This document shows, piece after piece, positions 48,062 to 58,011 of a stretch of DNA of 64,000 nt. The first letter of the stretch is position 1, and each line of letters starts with the position of its first letter. The notes beneath the pieces were generated by a model. The model did not search any database, had not been told where the DNA came from, and saw only the letters and a list, made by a program, of their open reading frames with translations. The position numbers were made by a program, and so were the translations under genes. This DNA is from a bacterium. Lineage in GTDB: Bacteria > J088 > JAWLBW01. The stretch spans positions 361,376 through 425,375 of the forward strand of contig JAWLHK010000001.1 of assembly GCA_041690355.1 (NCBI GenBank), given 5' to 3'.

Positions 48062-49498
48062 TCAACGCAGAGGTCGGTACCGCAGATAGACAGGCGAGGG
48101 CGAGAACTGCATGGCCGGCTCGAGGGCCAGGGCGCCGCCGGTCATGTCGACGGCCGACTTGAGCGCGAATCCCTCGATCTGCGGCGGCGCGAATCGCAGG
48201 CCCTGCCCGAGTCCGGCGTGCCAGGCGGCCACGGTCAGATCGGCACCGCGACGCGCGGCCACGAAGCGCAGACCCAGCGGTCGCGCCTCAGAATCGACGG
48301 CGTCAGTGATATCGGCGAAGGCGTCTGCCGTACCCAGCTCGGCGAGCATGGCCGCCAGCGCGTACCAGCCGATCTTGGGCTGCGGCGGGTTGGCGCCGTC
48401 GCGAAGGTAATCAAAGGGGAGCGCCGGATCGCCGGGCCGCACCAGTCCGAACCAGGCCTCGGTCGGAACCAGCACGTTGGCGGTCGATTCGTAATCCCAG
48501 AAGGTGTACCAGTCGTACTCCTTGACCCCGGCGGCAAAGCTGAGCAGCGCCCCGCGAACGAGGTAGCGGGCCTGCGACCGATCGTCGACCAGGAGGCCGG
48601 TCGGCCAGCCGTTTTCGGTGATCCAGAGTTCGTGGCCGCGCAGGCCCAGGCGGTCCATCGTTTCGCGCATCGTGCGGATCATGGCGACGATGTCTTCGTC
48701 CCAGCTCCCTTCCATCTCCGGCGGGTCGCCCGGCGGGTAGGGCTTGTAGGGGTGAAACGAGACCGCGTCATACAGTTCCGGAAGGTCGGGGTGCGCGGCA
48801 ACGACGGCCTCGAGAAACCGGGGCGCGCCGGGCACGACGGCGTAGTCGTGATAGAACAGGCCGCCGAGCGCCAGCTTCGCCTCCGGGTTCCCCTCGCGAA
48901 CCGCTTCGGCTCCGATGCGGGCGAGCGTGCCGAACGCGACCGGGTCGCCGCCGATATCGGACATCCAGAAGCGGTAGCCGCCGTTGGGCTCGTTCCAGAA
49001 CTCCCAGCGCGAGATCAGCGTCCGGTAGCGCTCAGCCACGGCGCGCGCGTACGGGCGCAGGGCCTCGGGATCGTCGGGCGGGTAATGATGATCGTGCCGG
49101 GCCGCCCCCTCGGCGCTGTAGAGCGGATTGCCGTAGGCGATGACGCCGAGCATCGACTGGCCCGCCGCGGCAGCTTCCTGAAGAGATTCCTCGTCGGGGA
49201 ACTCGAAGACGCCCGGAGTACGTTCGGTCTCGACCCAGAGTACTTCGTGGCGATAGTGACTCAAGCCGATCCCGGCCGCCGCTTCGATCTGCCAGCGCCG
49301 CTGCGCGTCCCATTTGGGACTGCCGCGCCGCAGGGGAGCCGCAAGGCCGAATGCATCACGCATCGGGCGCCCGAGCTCGACCCAGACGGGCGCGACGGGC
49401 GGGGGGCCATTCGCGGCGGGCGGCGGAACCTCTTCGCGAGCGCAGGCCGACAATACGATCGCGATCGCCGGTATCCAGAAAGCATACGCGCGGCGCAT
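48062..49498 (-). CDS. Glycoside hydrolase clan GH-A (GH5-like) lipoprotein
   Basis: Lipobox IVLSAC. Acid/base motif WEFWNEPN. Nucleophile motif ITENGW. Confidence 0.6.
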   Translation of the reverse strand: MRRAYAFWIPAIAIVLSACAREEVPPPAANGPPPVAPVWVELGRPMRDAFGLAAPLRRGSPKWDAQRRWQIEAAAGIGLSHYRHEVLWVETERTPGVFEFPDEESLQEAAAAGQSMLGVIAYGNPLYSAEGAARHDHHYPPDDPEALRPYARAVAERYRTLISRWEFWNEPNGGYRFWMSDIGGDPVAFGTLARIGAEAVREGNPEAKLALGGLFYHDYAVVPGAPRFLEAVVAAHPDLPELYDAVSFHPYKPYPPGDPPEMEGSWDEDIVAMIRTMRETMDRLGLRGHELWITENGWPTGLLVDDRSQARYLVRGALLSFAAGVKEYDWYTFWDYESTANVLVPTEAWFGLVRPGDPALPFDYLRDGANPPQPKIGWYALAAMLAELGTADAFADITDAVDSEARPLGLRFVAARRGADLTVAAWHAGLGQGLRFAPPQIEGFALKSAVDMTGGALALEPAMQFSPSPVYLRYRPLR

Positions 49499-49671
49499 GA
49501 CGAAAACCTCCGGGGTGCAGGCGGCAAGATACCACCTGCGCCCCTGCCTGTGCCACCCCGCAAGGTTGATCGGCGTCACAGACATCGGCCGCTTTGATTG
49601 GTAATCTGAGTGGGAAGCGGCTGAGGGGCCGCCTTGACATCCCTCTTCGCTCTGCTAGATTGATCTGCTTG

Positions 49672-49974
49672 ATGTCTACGCCGCTTTCCCGCTACGCCGC
49701 CCTGTTGCGTTCTCTACCCGATAAGCCGGTGCCGAACCCGCGCCAGCCCGTGCTCGTGTCGCTGTCTGAGCAGCTGGGCGCGCCCACGGGCCTCAGCGTG
49801 AATGTGAGCGCGCTGCTCGAGTGGGCCGGCTCGGAGGGCAAGCTCACGGCGAGCACGCTCTGGAAGCTGAAGGAAACCTTCACCGGCTGGGACAAGGATC
49901 GGCCGACGCGGCACCAGATCGCAGATTTTCTCGACTGGCTCGGCGATTCACTGGCCGATCCGGCCCTGCAGTAA
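49672..49974 (+). CDS. Hypothetical protein (101 aa)
   Basis: ORF only, internal ATG start. No motif. Confidence 0.3.
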   Translation: MSTPLSRYAALLRSLPDKPVPNPRQPVLVSLSEQLGAPTGLSVNVSALLEWAGSEGKLTASTLWKLKETFTGWDKDRPTRHQIADFLDWLGDSLADPALQ

Positions 49975-50096
49975 GCCGCGCCGCTTCGGACAGCCGCCTC
50001 TCCCCTTACCCGTAAAAAAAGAAAGACCCGCGTTGCCGCGGGTCTTCGTGTAATCTGTCGGGCCGATTACCGTCTACCGGTAACCGCGTGGCGCAA

Positions 50097-51284
50097 TCAA
50101 TCGCGGCGGTACATGGTCACGACGGCGGCGCCGCCGAGACCCAGGTTGTGCTGCAGCCCAACCTTGGCCCCTTCGACCTGCCGCTTGTCGGCCGCGCCGC
50201 GCAGCTGCCAGTTCAGTTCTGCGCACTGCGCCAGACCGGTGGCGCCCAGCGGGTGCCCCTTCGAGAGCAGGCCGCCCGACGGATTGACCACCGCGACTTT
50301 GCCGCCGTACGTGAAGGCGTCTTCGTCGATGTACTTGCCGGCTTCGCCCACCGGGCAGAGGCCGAGGCCTTCGTAGGTGATCAGTTCGTTGGCCGAGAAG
50401 CAGTCGTGCAGCTCGACGACGTCGACGTCTTCAGGTCCGAGGCCGGCCTGCTTGTAGACGCTGGCGGCGGCTTCCTTGGTCATGTCGAAGCCGATGCACT
50501 TGATCATGCTGCTTTCTTCGAAGCTCGAGCCGTAGTCGGTCGTCATGGCCATGCCGGCGATGTAGACCGGGTTGTTGTGGCCGTGCTTCTTCGCGAACTC
50601 CTCGGAGCACACGATGGCGGCGCCGGCGCCGCAGGTCGGCGGGCAGCACTGATAGCGCGTGAGGGGATCGAAGACCATCGGCGCGGCCAGAATCTCTTCG
50701 AGCGACATTTCCTGGCGGAAAAGCGAGTACGGGTTGTGCACCGAGTGCTTGCGGTTCTTCACGGCGATCTTGGCGAGCTGCTCGCGGGTCGTGCCGTACT
50801 TCTCCATGTGTTCGCGGCCGCCGCCGCCGAAGAACTGCGCCGCCGGGGGAGCCATCGGCTCGTACCCCTGCTTGTTCAGCATGACTTCGACGTGCTTGTC
50901 CATCGGGTTCAGGCGATCGGTGAACTTGGAGCCGAGGGCGCCCTTCTCCATCTTCTCGAAACCGAGCGCCAGCACGCACTCGGCCAGGCCGCCCTCGACG
51001 AGCTGCTTCGCGAGAAACAGGGCGGTCGAGCCGGTGGAGCAGTTGTTGTTGACGTTGTAGACCGGAATGCCGGTCAGGCCCATCTCATAGACGGCGCGCT
51101 GGCCGCAGGTGCTGTCGCCGTAGACATATCCGACGGCGGCCTGCTGCACTTCCTTGTAATCGATACCGGCGTCCTTCAGGGCCATCGCCGTGGCCTCGCG
51201 CGCCATTTCGTTGTACTCCGGGCTCGTGCCCGGCTTCGTGAAGGGCGTCATGCCGACGCCGATAACACAGACTTTCCGGCTCAT
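50097..51284 (-). CDS. SCP2-type thiolase / lipid-transfer-protein-like acetyl-CoA C-acyltransferase
   Basis: Thiolase Cys regions (NVNNNCSTG and [10 protein letters not shown]). GAGGAG RBS before the reassigned ATG. Confidence 0.8.
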   Translation of the reverse strand: MSRKVCVIGVGMTPFTKPGTSPEYNEMAREATAMALKDAGIDYKEVQQAAVGYVYGDSTCGQRAVYEMGLTGIPVYNVNNNCSTGSTALFLAKQLVEGGLAECVLALGFEKMEKGALGSKFTDRLNPMDKHVEVMLNKQGYEPMAPPAAQFFGGGGREHMEKYGTTREQLAKIAVKNRKHSVHNPYSLFRQEMSLEEILAAPMVFDPLTRYQCCPPTCGAGAAIVCSEEFAKKHGHNNPVYIAGMAMTTDYGSSFEESSMIKCIGFDMTKEAAASVYKQAGLGPEDVDVVELHDCFSANELITYEGLGLCPVGEAGKYIDEDAFTYGGKVAVVNPSGGLLSKGHPLGATGLAQCAELNWQLRGAADKRQVEGAKVGLQHNLGLGGAAVVTMYRRD

Positions 51285-51383
51285 CGTTGCTCCTCGAGGG
51301 GGAAAAGGAGGCGGGCGGATGACACCCACCATGGGCGTACCTACCGGCCAGTAGATTCATCATAGCGGAAGCTCAGGGCGCGG

Positions 51384-51397
51384 TCAATGAGCATTGA
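51384..51397. promoter_or_regulatory. Palindrome TCAATGAGCATTGA in the AT-rich divergent promoter region between the thiolase and membrane-protein genes
   Basis: 6-bp inverted arms inside the only markedly AT-rich stretch (about 51380-51455) of this 70% GC window. Confidence 0.3.
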
Positions 51398-51534
51398 TTC
51401 ATTATTCAACGCCGGTCATTTCCGCTTTATATTCAGCTATTTAGGAAACCACGGACGGTTCCCCACCCCCGCGGGGGTCGCCGGGCAGGCGCCCGAACTC
51501 CTGCGCGCGACGAACTCTCCCTCACAATGAGGAT

Positions 51535-51948
51535 ATGGCAAAGCAACGAACGCGGACGGAATCCGGAGTGTGGGTGACCGAGCACGACGTACGCTTCTAT
51601 TCCAGCCGATCGGAGCTGGGCGGATACCGCATCATGACGGTGGCGGCCGCCGGATTCGCGGTCGTCTTTCTGGTCCTCGGGTTTCTCGGTATCGGAGAGG
51701 TCATCGCGGGACAATGGTTCATTCTTGCGCTCCTGGCGGGGGGCGTGCTCTTTGCGCTCTTCCCGGCGGCGTGGAGCCGTCATCTGCAGGCGCAGCGTCC
51801 TGGCGACGACGTGCACGCGCCGCTCAACCCGAGCCGCGCCGAGCACTTCTGGTACGAGCGCGGCGTGAGCGACGAGACCCACAGCCGCGACAACCTGCCG
51901 CCCGAAGCCGACACGCACCAGGACGTCTCCGAAAAGCGCACCGAGTAG
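51535..51948 (+). CDS. Hypothetical 2-TM membrane protein
   Basis: RBS GAGGA. Two hydrophobic helices. Confidence 0.45.
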   Translation: MAKQRTRTESGVWVTEHDVRFYSSRSELGGYRIMTVAAAGFAVVFLVLGFLGIGEVIAGQWFILALLAGGVLFALFPAAWSRHLQAQRPGDDVHAPLNPSRAEHFWYERGVSDETHSRDNLPPEADTHQDVSEKRTE

Positions 51949-52036
51949 GCGCTCGCGGCGCGGCCGCTTTGAATTCCGGACCGCACAATTTGTATGATAT
52001 GGGGCACTCTTCGCCGCCTCCGGCACCGAGGTCCCC

Positions 52037-54688
52037 ATGGTTCGCCTGCTCGCCGTCCTTCTGCTCACCGCGCCGGTTCTCGCCGCCAGCGCCGGCTGCT
52101 CCAACGTGCGCACCGAACACCCGCCCCTCGATCGCCTGCATGCCGACGTCGAGGTCTTCACCGACGAGCACGGAATTCCCCACATCTACGCCGCCAACCT
52201 GCATGACGCCATGTACATGCAGGGCTACGTGACCGCGCGCGACCGCCTCTTCCAGATGGAATGGATGCGCCGCGCCGCGGCGGGCCGCCTCAGCGAAATC
52301 CTGGGCAAGGGAGAGCGCGAGACCGATATCTTCGTACGCGCGTGGAATCTGATTGGCCGGGCCGAAGCCTGGGCGGCCGAGGCCGAGCAGGTCGATCCGG
52401 CCGCCTGGGAAGCCATTCTGGCCTATACCGAAGGGGTGAATCAGTTCATCGCCGACGCCGAGACGGGGGCCCGCGGCGCAAAGCTCTCGCCCATGTGGGG
52501 CGCGCTGGGCATCCGCCCCGAACCGGTGCGCCCCGCAGAGATTCTCGCCGTCGATCGCCTCATCACCTTTCAGGCCGCGCCCGGCACGCTCATCGAGCTG
52601 ATGCTCGAGCTGCTGCGCCAGCTGCTCGGGCAGACCTTCGAAGATCTGGTTTCGGTGAACCCGCCGGCGCACGTGTCCATCGTGCCCGGCTTCATCGACA
52701 ACCTCGACCGCACCTACCGCCCCGCAACGGCCGTCCGCGACTTCACGGCTCCGGCGCCGACCCTCGAATTCCGGTCCGAGGCGCTGCGCAGGCTGGGCGA
52801 GCTCATCCCCCGCATGCAGTCGTTGAATGGGAAGATGATCGGCGGCAGTAACGCCTGGACGGTGAATCGCGACCGCACCGCGTCGGGGGCCCCTCTTCTC
52901 GCCAACGACACGCACCAGGGTCTCGGAAATCCGCCCGTCTATTATCAGGTGCACGTCAACGCCGGCGCGGCCTACCACGCCACCGGACTGAACTTTCCCG
53001 GCGGACCCGGCGTGCAGATCGGCCACAACGAAGACGTTGCCTGGGGGGCCACGACCAACCGGGCCGACGATGCCGACCTGTTTCTCGAAGTCGTCACCGA
53101 TCTCGATGGACAGAAAGCGGTCCGGTTCAACGGCGAGAAGGTGCCCCTCGTCGAGCGCGTCGAGGTGTGGAAGTGGCGCGAACCCGACGGCACCTCGGGC
53201 GAAGAGACCATCACCTACCAGGAAGTTCCCCACCACGGCCCCGTGTTTCCACTGGAGCCGCTGCTCGGCGACAGCCTCAGCGGCATCGGCAACGCCATCC
53301 TGGTCTCCATGCGCTGGACCGGGCTCGAAGGCGGCTTCAAAGGGTCGGGCATCCGCGCATTCTTCCGCCTGAGCCGGTCGACCGACGCCAACAGCGCCGA
53401 AGAGAGCTTCACCGATTACACGGGCGGCGCCTTCAACATCCACTACGCCACCCGCGACGGCGACACCGGATACCACGCGCGCAAGATGCTCCCCATCCGC
53501 GGGTGCAGTAACCGCCCCTACCTCATGCTGCCCGGCGACGGCTCCTGCGAGTGGGTCGGCACCGTTCCGCTCGACGCGATCCCGCATGCGCGCAACCCCG
53601 AACGGGGCTTCATCGTTTCGGCGAACAACGACTCGGGCGGGGGCACCCTCGTCGGCTCGCCCGAAGACAAGAACGTGTACATCGGCGCCATCTATGACGT
53701 CGGGTTCCGGGCGCAGCGCATCGACGACGAGCTCACCCGCCTCGTCGCCCGCGGCGGCGTGAACCCCGAAGACATGATGACCCTTCAGGCCGACACCCAT
53801 TCTCTCGTCGCGGCGCGCCTGATCCCCTACTTCAAGGCGGCCCTCGCCGAAGCCCCCGGCCGCTTTACAGGCGAGACCCTCGCGGCCGCGCAGGCTATGG
53901 CCGGGTGGAACTTTACGACCGCGGGTGACTCCACTGTCGCGCACCTGTTTCACGCCTGGCTCGGCCGCGTTCTGCAGGCTACGTTCGGCGACGAGCTCTC
54001 GGCCAAGACCGACTTCAGCCTGGTGGCCCTCGACGAAATCGACGGCTCGAAGGCGCAGATCTTCGTGCGCCCGCTGCTCAAGTTCCTCGACGACACGCAA
54101 GACACCATCCACGTCATCGAAGCGGGCCAGGCTGAATTTCCCTCGGCGAGCGGCCACAACTACTTTGACGACATCAATACCGCGCCGCTCGAATCCCGTG
54201 ATCAGATTCTGCTCGACGCCTTCGCTTGGGCGTTCGCGCAGACGAACCAGGCGGCCGCGAACATGGGCTACGCGGCCTCGTGGCGCGAAAGACGCTGGGA
54301 TCAGTTTCACGTCGTGCGCCTCGACAATCCGGCCGATTTCGCCGTGCCCGCGATGATTCTCGGACCCTACGGGATCGACGGAGGGCTCTGGACGGTCGAC
54401 GTCGCCGACTTCACGCTGCTGCGCGGCGGCGCGGTTCCCGATCGCTACTTCGTGGGCAACACGCCCAGCAACCGAACCATCCACCATGTGCGCCCCGACG
54501 GGTTCGAGATGTGGCATGGCATCCCCGGCGGCCAGTCCGAACATCCGGAGAGCCCGTACTTCGGCGGCTGGGCCGAAAACTTCTACAAGAACCTTTACCA
54601 CAAGATGCCGTTCACGAAGGCAGAGGTCGAGGCGCTGGGCGTGAAGCCCGAGGTGTTCAAGGCCGGATTCGGGAACATTGCCGAATGA
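52037..54688 (+). CDS. Penicillin amidase / acyl-homoserine-lactone acylase family Ntn hydrolase, lipoprotein
   Basis: Lipobox AASAGC. GIPHIYA and DRLFQME motifs. Ser nucleophile in GGSNAWTV. 883 aa. Confidence 0.85.
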   Translation: MVRLLAVLLLTAPVLAASAGCSNVRTEHPPLDRLHADVEVFTDEHGIPHIYAANLHDAMYMQGYVTARDRLFQMEWMRRAAAGRLSEILGKGERETDIFVRAWNLIGRAEAWAAEAEQVDPAAWEAILAYTEGVNQFIADAETGARGAKLSPMWGALGIRPEPVRPAEILAVDRLITFQAAPGTLIELMLELLRQLLGQTFEDLVSVNPPAHVSIVPGFIDNLDRTYRPATAVRDFTAPAPTLEFRSEALRRLGELIPRMQSLNGKMIGGSNAWTVNRDRTASGAPLLANDTHQGLGNPPVYYQVHVNAGAAYHATGLNFPGGPGVQIGHNEDVAWGATTNRADDADLFLEVVTDLDGQKAVRFNGEKVPLVERVEVWKWREPDGTSGEETITYQEVPHHGPVFPLEPLLGDSLSGIGNAILVSMRWTGLEGGFKGSGIRAFFRLSRSTDANSAEESFTDYTGGAFNIHYATRDGDTGYHARKMLPIRGCSNRPYLMLPGDGSCEWVGTVPLDAIPHARNPERGFIVSANNDSGGGTLVGSPEDKNVYIGAIYDVGFRAQRIDDELTRLVARGGVNPEDMMTLQADTHSLVAARLIPYFKAALAEAPGRFTGETLAAAQAMAGWNFTTAGDSTVAHLFHAWLGRVLQATFGDELSAKTDFSLVALDEIDGSKAQIFVRPLLKFLDDTQDTIHVIEAGQAEFPSASGHNYFDDINTAPLESRDQILLDAFAWAFAQTNQAAANMGYAASWRERRWDQFHVVRLDNPADFAVPAMILGPYGIDGGLWTVDVADFTLLRGGAVPDRYFVGNTPSNRTIHHVRPDGFEMWHGIPGGQSEHPESPYFGGWAENFYKNLYHKMPFTKAEVEALGVKPEVFKAGFGNIAE

Positions 54689-54695
54689 GGGATAC

Positions 54696-54730
54696 GAGTG
54701 ACGAGTTACGAGTGACGAGTGACAAGTGGC
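54696..54730 (+). repeat. Heptanucleotide tandem array A copy: 5 units of CGAGTGA type
   Basis: cgagtga cgagtta cgagtga cgagtga caagtgg, starting 8 nt after the acylase stop codon. Confidence 0.7.
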
Positions 54731-54827
54731 CAATCTCCGGGCCGGTCGGTGCCTGGGGCCTTTGCGGAATGCGATGATTCGGAACAGACCGCATGTTCAG
54801 GGCGGAATTCTCAAGTAGAATGGTGTT

Positions 54828-55868
54828 ATGCGCAAGGCGATGATCTTCATTGACGGGACGTGGCTGTACTGCAATACACCGCGCCTGGCCGCCGCCTCGG
54901 GACATCCCGACTTCCATCTGGATTTCGGCAAGCTCCCCTGCGTGCTCGCCGATGAAGTTCGAAAGCAGCTCGGAGATGAAGAACTCGACGTCGTACGCAC
55001 CTGTCTGTTCGGCAGCTATGCCACGAACTGCGACCCCCGCGATGACGATGCCCGCCAGCGGCGCCTCGACTTCTTCGCCCGCCTGCGCGAAGACTATCAC
55101 TACGAGCTCGAAATCTTTCCGATCAACTTTCTGGGACGCCGCCTGAAGCGGTCTGAACGCGATCCCGAAGACCCCTTCGAGCCCCGCGAGAAGTGCGTCG
55201 ACATTTCGCTCGCCACGAGCATGCTCACGTATGCCGCGCTGCCGAACGCTTATGACATCGCCATCGCCGTGATCGGAGACGCTGATTTCAAGCCTGTGCT
55301 GCAGAGCGTGCGCAAGCTGGGCAAGCGCGTGGCCATTGCGAGTATTCACGGCAGCTGCAGCCCCGAGTTCGCCGATCCGCGCGACGAGTCGCGACTCAAG
55401 GACTTTCACATCATCTGGCTCGACCAGCTGCTCGACCGGCTGGCGTTGCGCTTCGATCCGCATGAGCTGGAGTGCGAATCGCCGATGCACAAGGGCGATC
55501 GCCGGGTGATGACTACATTTCATCCGCGGCGCGGGCAGCAGTTCTTCTGCGAGCCGTGCCGCGAAGCCTATGCGCGTTCGAGGGAGTGCGGCCGGGAGCT
55601 CCCCTGCCCCGAGGCCGAGTCGCCCTGCGTCGGCACGCCGCTCGAGGGTACGATCGTGAAGAAGGTCGCCGACCGCGGCTTCGGGTTCATCCATGCGACC
55701 GACGGCCGCGACTACTTCTTCCACCTTGCCGATCTCTGCGGATCGCTTCCGTTCGAGACCGTTGAAGAGGGCCTGGCGGTGCGCTTCGAGGTCAAGCGCG
55801 AACCAGCGAAAGAACGGGGCGGCACGGCCATGAACATCCGCCGCCTCGAGGCCGCGACCGCGCAGTAG
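54828..55868 (+). CDS. NYN-domain (PIN-like) protein with Cys-rich zinc-finger-like segment and C-terminal cold-shock domain
   Basis: N-terminal MIFIDGTWLY (NYN DGxN-type motif). CxxC-containing segment FFCEPCREAYARSRECGRELPCPEAESPC. CSD motif TIVKKVADRGFGFIHATDGRDYFFH. Confidence 0.7.
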   Translation: MRKAMIFIDGTWLYCNTPRLAAASGHPDFHLDFGKLPCVLADEVRKQLGDEELDVVRTCLFGSYATNCDPRDDDARQRRLDFFARLREDYHYELEIFPINFLGRRLKRSERDPEDPFEPREKCVDISLATSMLTYAALPNAYDIAIAVIGDADFKPVLQSVRKLGKRVAIASIHGSCSPEFADPRDESRLKDFHIIWLDQLLDRLALRFDPHELECESPMHKGDRRVMTTFHPRRGQQFFCEPCREAYARSRECGRELPCPEAESPCVGTPLEGTIVKKVADRGFGFIHATDGRDYFFHLADLCGSLPFETVEEGLAVRFEVKREPAKERGGTAMNIRRLEAATAQ

Positions 55869-55880
55869 GCGCGCCTCTAA

Positions 55881-57332
55881 TTAGAGAAGCAGGAGCAGCG
55901 CAGCGCCGGCAACGAGTATGCCCGCAACGCCGGCCGCCCCGCGCACGAGATTCCCCAGCGTCCACGCACCGCGCAGCTTCATGGGAAGGGGCGCGAAGGC
56001 GGAAGGTTCGACCGTTCGGTTCTTCAGAAAGGCGGCGACGACCCGCCCCGTTACTTCGCGATGTTTCCAGAAATCCCCGACGTGGCCGTACCCGGGAACC
56101 TCCAGGACTCGGACGGAGGCGAACTTCGCCTCGAGCTGCTCGCGGGCTACAAACGCCGGGGTCGACAGATCGAGTTCGCCGGCGAGAACCAGGGTTTCTG
56201 CGCTGATGGCAAGGGGCGCGCTGAGCGAATACGCCCGGGGGATGCGCTCCGCGACGGGGAGGGTGAAAAAGAGCTCGCTCAGCGGCGATCCCAGGCCCCC
56301 GCCGGCCTTTTTCAGTTCAGCGTCGTAGTCGATGTCGGGATTGGCATCCGCCGAGATCCCCTTCACGAGATAGTCTCCCCACTCCATGAGCCCTGGGACT
56401 GCGAACCCGTAGGCAAAGGAGATGGTGGCGAGGCCCGTATAGTCGCCATCCTCCCATGCATCGAGGTACGCGTCGAGAATCCAGTCGGCCGTGGAACGAT
56501 GGAAAAGGAGGACGAACGTCATGATGCGCAGCCGGTCACGATCCACGCGCATGCCGAAAGCGCGCGGCGGCGCGTTGGCGAGAACTTCTTCGACGACTTG
56601 CTCGAAGGGTTTTCCGGCGAGCTCCGGCACCGCAGAGGCAAGGTAGCGGTCATAACGCTCGAGGACACGCGACGTATTCTCCGGGGTCCAGTAGAAGTTG
56701 CCGGGCGGATTTGCGCCGACAAGCACGACGCGGCTCACCTGATTAGGATAGGCGGTCGCATAGAGCAGGGCCACGCGGGTGCCGTAACTGTTCGCCAACA
56801 GGTGGATACGCTCGTAGCCAAGAATTTTTCGGAAGGACTCGACATCGCGGACGACCTCATCGATTGTGTAGTCATCCAGCGCCATGCCGGTCTGCGCGAG
56901 TCGGTCGAGGCACGCCGCGAACGCATCGGAGATCGCATTGCGCGACGCTTCTGAGAGTGGCGCCCCGGTTCCGATCGCACCCCGTACCTCATGGCAATCG
57001 AACCGGACCGGACCGTCGATTCCTCTGTACCCCAGCTGCACGAAGGCGAATTCGCGCAACAGCTCAGGGGAAGGTTCAAACTTGAGGTTGCTGATTCCAG
57101 GGCCGCCCTCGAAATAGAAGACCGCCTCGGCCGCCTGGGGATTCGTGACTCGGAAGGGGAGCTCGAGGCGTCTCGCGTCTTCGGCACGGCGATCTTCGGC
57201 CACGCTGAAGTTTCCTTCGATGGCTTGCACCTTCAGTCCGTGGGCGGGTTCGCGCGTAACGGTGCGGGTATCGCGCAGCGCCGGGTGCTCGAGCGCGAAT
57301 ATCACGGCTGGGGCAAGGGCCAGGCTCAGCAT
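55881..57332 (-). CDS. Alpha/beta hydrolase (proline-iminopeptidase-like) with C-terminal TM anchor
   Basis: GxSxG-type LLANSYGTRV. C-terminal hydrophobic helix. Overlaps the TetR gene by 7 nt. Confidence 0.65.
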   Translation of the reverse strand: MLSLALAPAVIFALEHPALRDTRTVTREPAHGLKVQAIEGNFSVAEDRRAEDARRLELPFRVTNPQAAEAVFYFEGGPGISNLKFEPSPELLREFAFVQLGYRGIDGPVRFDCHEVRGAIGTGAPLSEASRNAISDAFAACLDRLAQTGMALDDYTIDEVVRDVESFRKILGYERIHLLANSYGTRVALLYATAYPNQVSRVVLVGANPPGNFYWTPENTSRVLERYDRYLASAVPELAGKPFEQVVEEVLANAPPRAFGMRVDRDRLRIMTFVLLFHRSTADWILDAYLDAWEDGDYTGLATISFAYGFAVPGLMEWGDYLVKGISADANPDIDYDAELKKAGGGLGSPLSELFFTLPVAERIPRAYSLSAPLAISAETLVLAGELDLSTPAFVAREQLEAKFASVRVLEVPGYGHVGDFWKHREVTGRVVAAFLKNRTVEPSAFAPLPMKLRGAWTLGNLVRGAAGVAGILVAGAALLLLL

Positions 57333-57886
57333 CGGGCCTCTCCATACGAGGAAACCAGTTCCGCAAGATTCCGGCGCAGGTTTTTTTCGACCGCCGGTCT
57401 GAAGTCGACCAGGTGCGTCCCCGCCAGGACAGCGGCACCGTGCGCCATACTCCAGATGCCGAACGCCAGGGCATCAGCCGATGCGTCGTCGCCGGCGACC
57501 GGGACAGTGAGGTGCATCAGTAATGCGTACGGCGAACGGGCATCGACGGGCTGCTCCGGAGATCGAGTACTCCGGAATTCGTGAAAAAGGAGTGAGAATT
57601 CCCCGTTCCGTTCGCGGGCGAAGCGGAAGTAGGCCATGCCGGCGTCGACCAGTTGCGAAGCCGGGCTCCCATTGCGGCTTCGCAACTGGATGTACTGAAA
57701 GAGCTCGATCCAGATGTAGACCCGAACTTCGGCCAGCAGGGCCCCCTTGTCGGCGAAGTGCTCGTAGATGGAGGCAGCTTTGATCCCGACGCGTTCGGCG
57801 AGCCTGCGCATCGAAAGTCCGCTCGTGCCCTCTTCTTCCAGAAGGCGAACCGCCTCCGATACGATTCTGTCCTTCGTATCCGACAT
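57326..57886 (-). CDS. TetR-family transcriptional regulator
   Basis: N-terminal HTH (GLSMRRLAERVGIKAASIYEHF). Confidence 0.8.
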   Translation of the reverse strand: MSDTKDRIVSEAVRLLEEEGTSGLSMRRLAERVGIKAASIYEHFADKGALLAEVRVYIWIELFQYIQLRSRNGSPASQLVDAGMAYFRFARERNGEFSLLFHEFRSTRSPEQPVDARSPYALLMHLTVPVAGDDASADALAFGIWSMAHGAAVLAGTHLVDFRPAVEKNLRRNLAELVSSYGEARC

Positions 57887-57894
57887 GTCACGAT

Positions 57895-57909
57895 CCTAAC
57901 ACTGTTAGG
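57895..57909. promoter_or_regulatory. Perfect palindrome 9 nt upstream of the TetR start codon, candidate TetR operator
   Basis: CCTAACA-C-TGTTAGG (7-bp arms). Confidence 0.45.
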
Positions 57910-57920
57910 GACACGAAGTC

Positions 57921-57947
57921 AAAAACCCGCCGCACTGCTTGCGGCGA
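57921..57947 (-). terminator. Rho-independent terminator after the DHp-like membrane protein gene
   Basis: On the minus strand: CGCCGCA-AGCAG-TGCGGCG followed by GGTTTTT. Confidence 0.65.
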
Positions 57948-58011
57948 ATCGAGCCATGGGGTTCCGGCATACGTTGATCGGCAATGCGGGGCTCCAACGG
58001 AAAGCTATCCG

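Noticed and set aside
51824-54733. 969-aa minus-strand ORF
   Set aside because: It is antisense to the well-supported penicillin-acylase-family gene and has low-complexity R/G/A composition and no motifs.
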